This document shows, piece by piece, positions 61,395 to 64,000 of a DNA stretch of 64,000 bases. The notes under the pieces were generated by a model that saw only the letters and a program-made list of their open reading frames with translations, searched no databases and was not told the DNA's origin. A program made the translations under genes and the position numbers. Each line of letters opens with the position of its first letter. The first letter of the stretch is position 1. The stretch lies in NCBI RefSeq assembly GCF_009914755.1, contig NC_060929.1, one strand, 5' to 3'. The DNA comes from the human T2T-CHM13v2.0 reference genome, Homo sapiens.

Positions 61395-63167
61395 TTAGCC
61401 AGGTGTGGTGGTGCACACCTGTAATCCCAGCTACTTAGGAGGCTGAGGCAGGAGAATCGCTTCAATCCAGGAGGCAGAGGTTGCAGTGAGCAAAGAATGA
61501 GCCCCCTCCAGCCTGGACAACAAGAGCAAAACTCTGTCTCAAAAAAAATAATAATAATAATCTAAAAACTAATAGATGTACAGTGTTGAAAAACTGTAAA
61601 AAGAACAAAAGTGACTATATCCCTCTTCTCCTGGGTGAAAACTGACATTTTGAAGGATCTGATGAAAGGGCTTTTGATGCATTTTTACATGAAATGTCAG
61701 TCAGTAACTCCCAGAAGAAGCAAAGCTCCCCAGCCTGTGAGGTGTGCAGGAAGAGCATAGGGCAGGAGAACTGGAAGCAGGTTTGGGCCTGACAAGAGAA
61801 TTGATCTTCCCAAGCTGAGCGAACCTGCTTGTCAATTCCCAGAGATTCCTCATCATGGAGCCCATGTGGTGTGGGCAGTGACCAGAGTTCAGGGTCATCA
61901 TGCACACACACACATGACACAGCCAGGAACACACACATGTATGCACATAGACCCAGGCACGTGCACACATAAACAAAGTTGCATGACTAGGCCCCGAGAG
62001 GAGCTGTCTTGATTGCAAATCCCCCATCTCTAGAGGCCCAGAATCATCCTGGCACCTCCCCACTTCTCCACCAATAGACAGTGCATTTTGTAAGCATCCC
62101 TCCTGCCTTCCGCCACCAGCACCCCTGCCATGTTCTCATCACCTCTCCCCTACACCAAGCCCCAGCCTCCTCTGATTCCACCTCTCCCCCACCTTCCATC
62201 CATCCCATATGCAAATCACACATCACCTCCCACTGCTGCCCTTTGTTATGAATCAGGACCAAACTCCTCCGCTTGACCTTCCACGGCCTTACTGCCCAAT
62301 TCTACAGGTATGCTCTCCCCAGCCCCTCTGGACCAGCTACTGCTCCTGAGCTGGACAGAGCCATTCCTATCTCCCTTTCTGTGCCATGTGCTTCCTCTGC
62401 TCTGAATTCCCTTTCTCCTGTTTGCTTTTCCAAATCCAATTCTTCAGGATTCTGTCCAACAGCCAATTCCCCCTCCTGTTATCTAGTCAGTGGCTCCCTG
62501 CCTTCTCTGGGCTCTCCCACAGCTCTCTGTTTGCTACCCGCCCTTCTCATGGAAATGCTGCTTTCTTCTGCTGGGTGTCAGAACCAGCTGATGACACGTG
62601 CACATCCAATGGCAGCACAGCTCCACAGCATGGAGCCTGGGGCACCGCACACTGTGGGCCTTCAAAGAACAGCATCCCCCCCGCCTGCCTCTCCCACTAA
62701 ACCTTAGGCTTCTCGAGAGTAGGGACTGTATCTTCCCATCACCGAGCATGTGACAGGTGCTCACAAACACTGCATGGTGCAGCCATGGCGTGTGGCCTTG
62801 GAAGGATTACTTGACTTCTCTAAACTTCAATTTTCCCATCTGTACAATGGGAACAACCTCACAGGGCTGTTGGGAGGATTAAATGGAATCATGCAGGGTA
62901 ACAGCCTGACATGGGTGAATGGAGAGGAAAAGAGGTGCAGGGTTCCACACCCAGAGCCACATCACCCCTCACAGCTGGTTACCATTCATCACAGGGAGTC
63001 TTCACACTGACTCCTGGAACAAATTGGGAAACTGAGGCCCAAAGAAGTGGTGCGCCTGACTCTTATCTACTCAAGGCTGGGATTGGAGGCTCATCTTCCT
63101 TCAGCGGTGCCTCCTGGCTACCTTGGGGTGGGGCACTGACTCCCTCTGTCCCGACTGCTTCTTTCAG

Positions 63168-63221
63168 GTCTCCACCATCGGAGGCGTGACCTATGAGCGC
63201 GTGAGCAAGAGACTGGCCTAA
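63168..63221 (+). CDS. FABP6: FABP6 coding exon 4 (VSTIGGVTYERVSKRLA*)
   Basis: cttctttcag| acceptor; TAA at 63219-63221; the four exons total 128 codons plus stop, the classic four-exon FABP layout. Confidence 0.98.
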   Translation, partial: VSTIGGVTYERVSKRLA

Positions 63222-63257
63222 GCAGCCAGGCCCGGCCCAGGGAGCTACAAACCCACC

Positions 63258-63327
63258 AATAAAACTGATATAAGGACAGATGCTGCTTGCTCCAGAACCT
63301 CTTTGTTTTTCTTTTCTGGTGTCTTGG
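63258..63327 (+). terminator. FABP6: FABP6 polyadenylation signal and downstream U/GU-rich element
   Basis: AATAAA at 63258-63263, 37 nt after the stop; T/GT-rich tract ctttgtttttcttttctggtgtcttgg at 63301-63327. Confidence 0.9.
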
Positions 63328-64000
63328 GATGGCCTCTGGCTGGGTGAGGGTGGGAAAGCCCCCAAGGGTGGCCACATGGGCAACACATTGCCCCTGAGAT
63401 CCATGTGGGATTCATGTCATGGCGGAGGAAGACATGAATGTGGATGACTGCAATGCTCCTGCCCCTGGGTGAGGCTGAAGGTGGCGTACAGGAAACATGG
63501 TGGGCACACTTCTGTGGCCCCTTCGCCCCACTCTGCCACCCACTACTCTGTGCTGCTTGAAGCCTCCTTTATGGAGACAAAGTCAGCTGGGAAGGGTAAC
63601 GCATTGATTCTCGGATGGGCCACAGGCCAGGCATATCAGGACTTGGGGGTTGTGGGGTGGGAGCTGTACCTCTAGGAAGGGCCCCGGCTGCTGGGCTCCA
63701 AGGCTCAAAGTGGGGATGGACCAGAGCTCACCCAGGGAAGCTGTTTCAGCTTGGCCGGGGCTCTGCTTTTATTCACTGTGGAGTCATCCCTTTGGTCCTC
63801 AGTTTACCCACTGAGGGGTACAAAGGGGGTCCAGGAGGACCAATGATGGGCTGAGGGGAATCAGTGGTCTATGAGATGGCAAAGGGGCAATGGGGGTGAT
63901 AGGAGGGACAGGAGGGACTGGAGTGTCCTGGTTTTGACTCATAGGGCTTGGGCGGGGTGCCTGGGAAGAACTTTGAGAGGCTATGGGCGGCTGGGAAGGG

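Overview
Alu-dense primate genomic DNA, almost certainly the human FABP6 (ileal bile acid-binding protein/gastrotropin) locus. The canonical 128-aa FABP6 is encoded on + by four exons (54142-54208, 56663-56838, 59382-59471, 63168-63221). It has an FXR IR-1 element, SRE, TATA box and AATAAA, and carries the Met79 allele. The long isoform IBABP-L (177 aa) adds coding exons at 23684-23734 and 38309-38392, an acceptor at 54130 and a probable non-coding first exon ending at 12012. About 1.2 kb upstream of that exon, a solo ERV LTR carries a perfect NF-kB site. The rest is mostly Alu, MIR/L2, LTR (LTR12C, LTR10-, MER31-, MER83-, MST-, MLT1-, LTR16-like) and DNA-transposon relics, plus two CpG-rich patches. 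The most notable unexplained structure is a chain of about 11 short exons with GT-AG boundaries on the minus strand (35285 to ~20300). Spliced by hand, it reads as signal peptide, ectodomain, transmembrane helix and basic/Tyr-containing tail, with a premature TGA just before the helix. This is a candidate disabled antisense membrane-protein gene whose TM exon is reused on the opposite strand as IBABP-L's first coding exon. All calls come from manual reading; repeat subfamily names are from memory of consensus sequences and are tentative.
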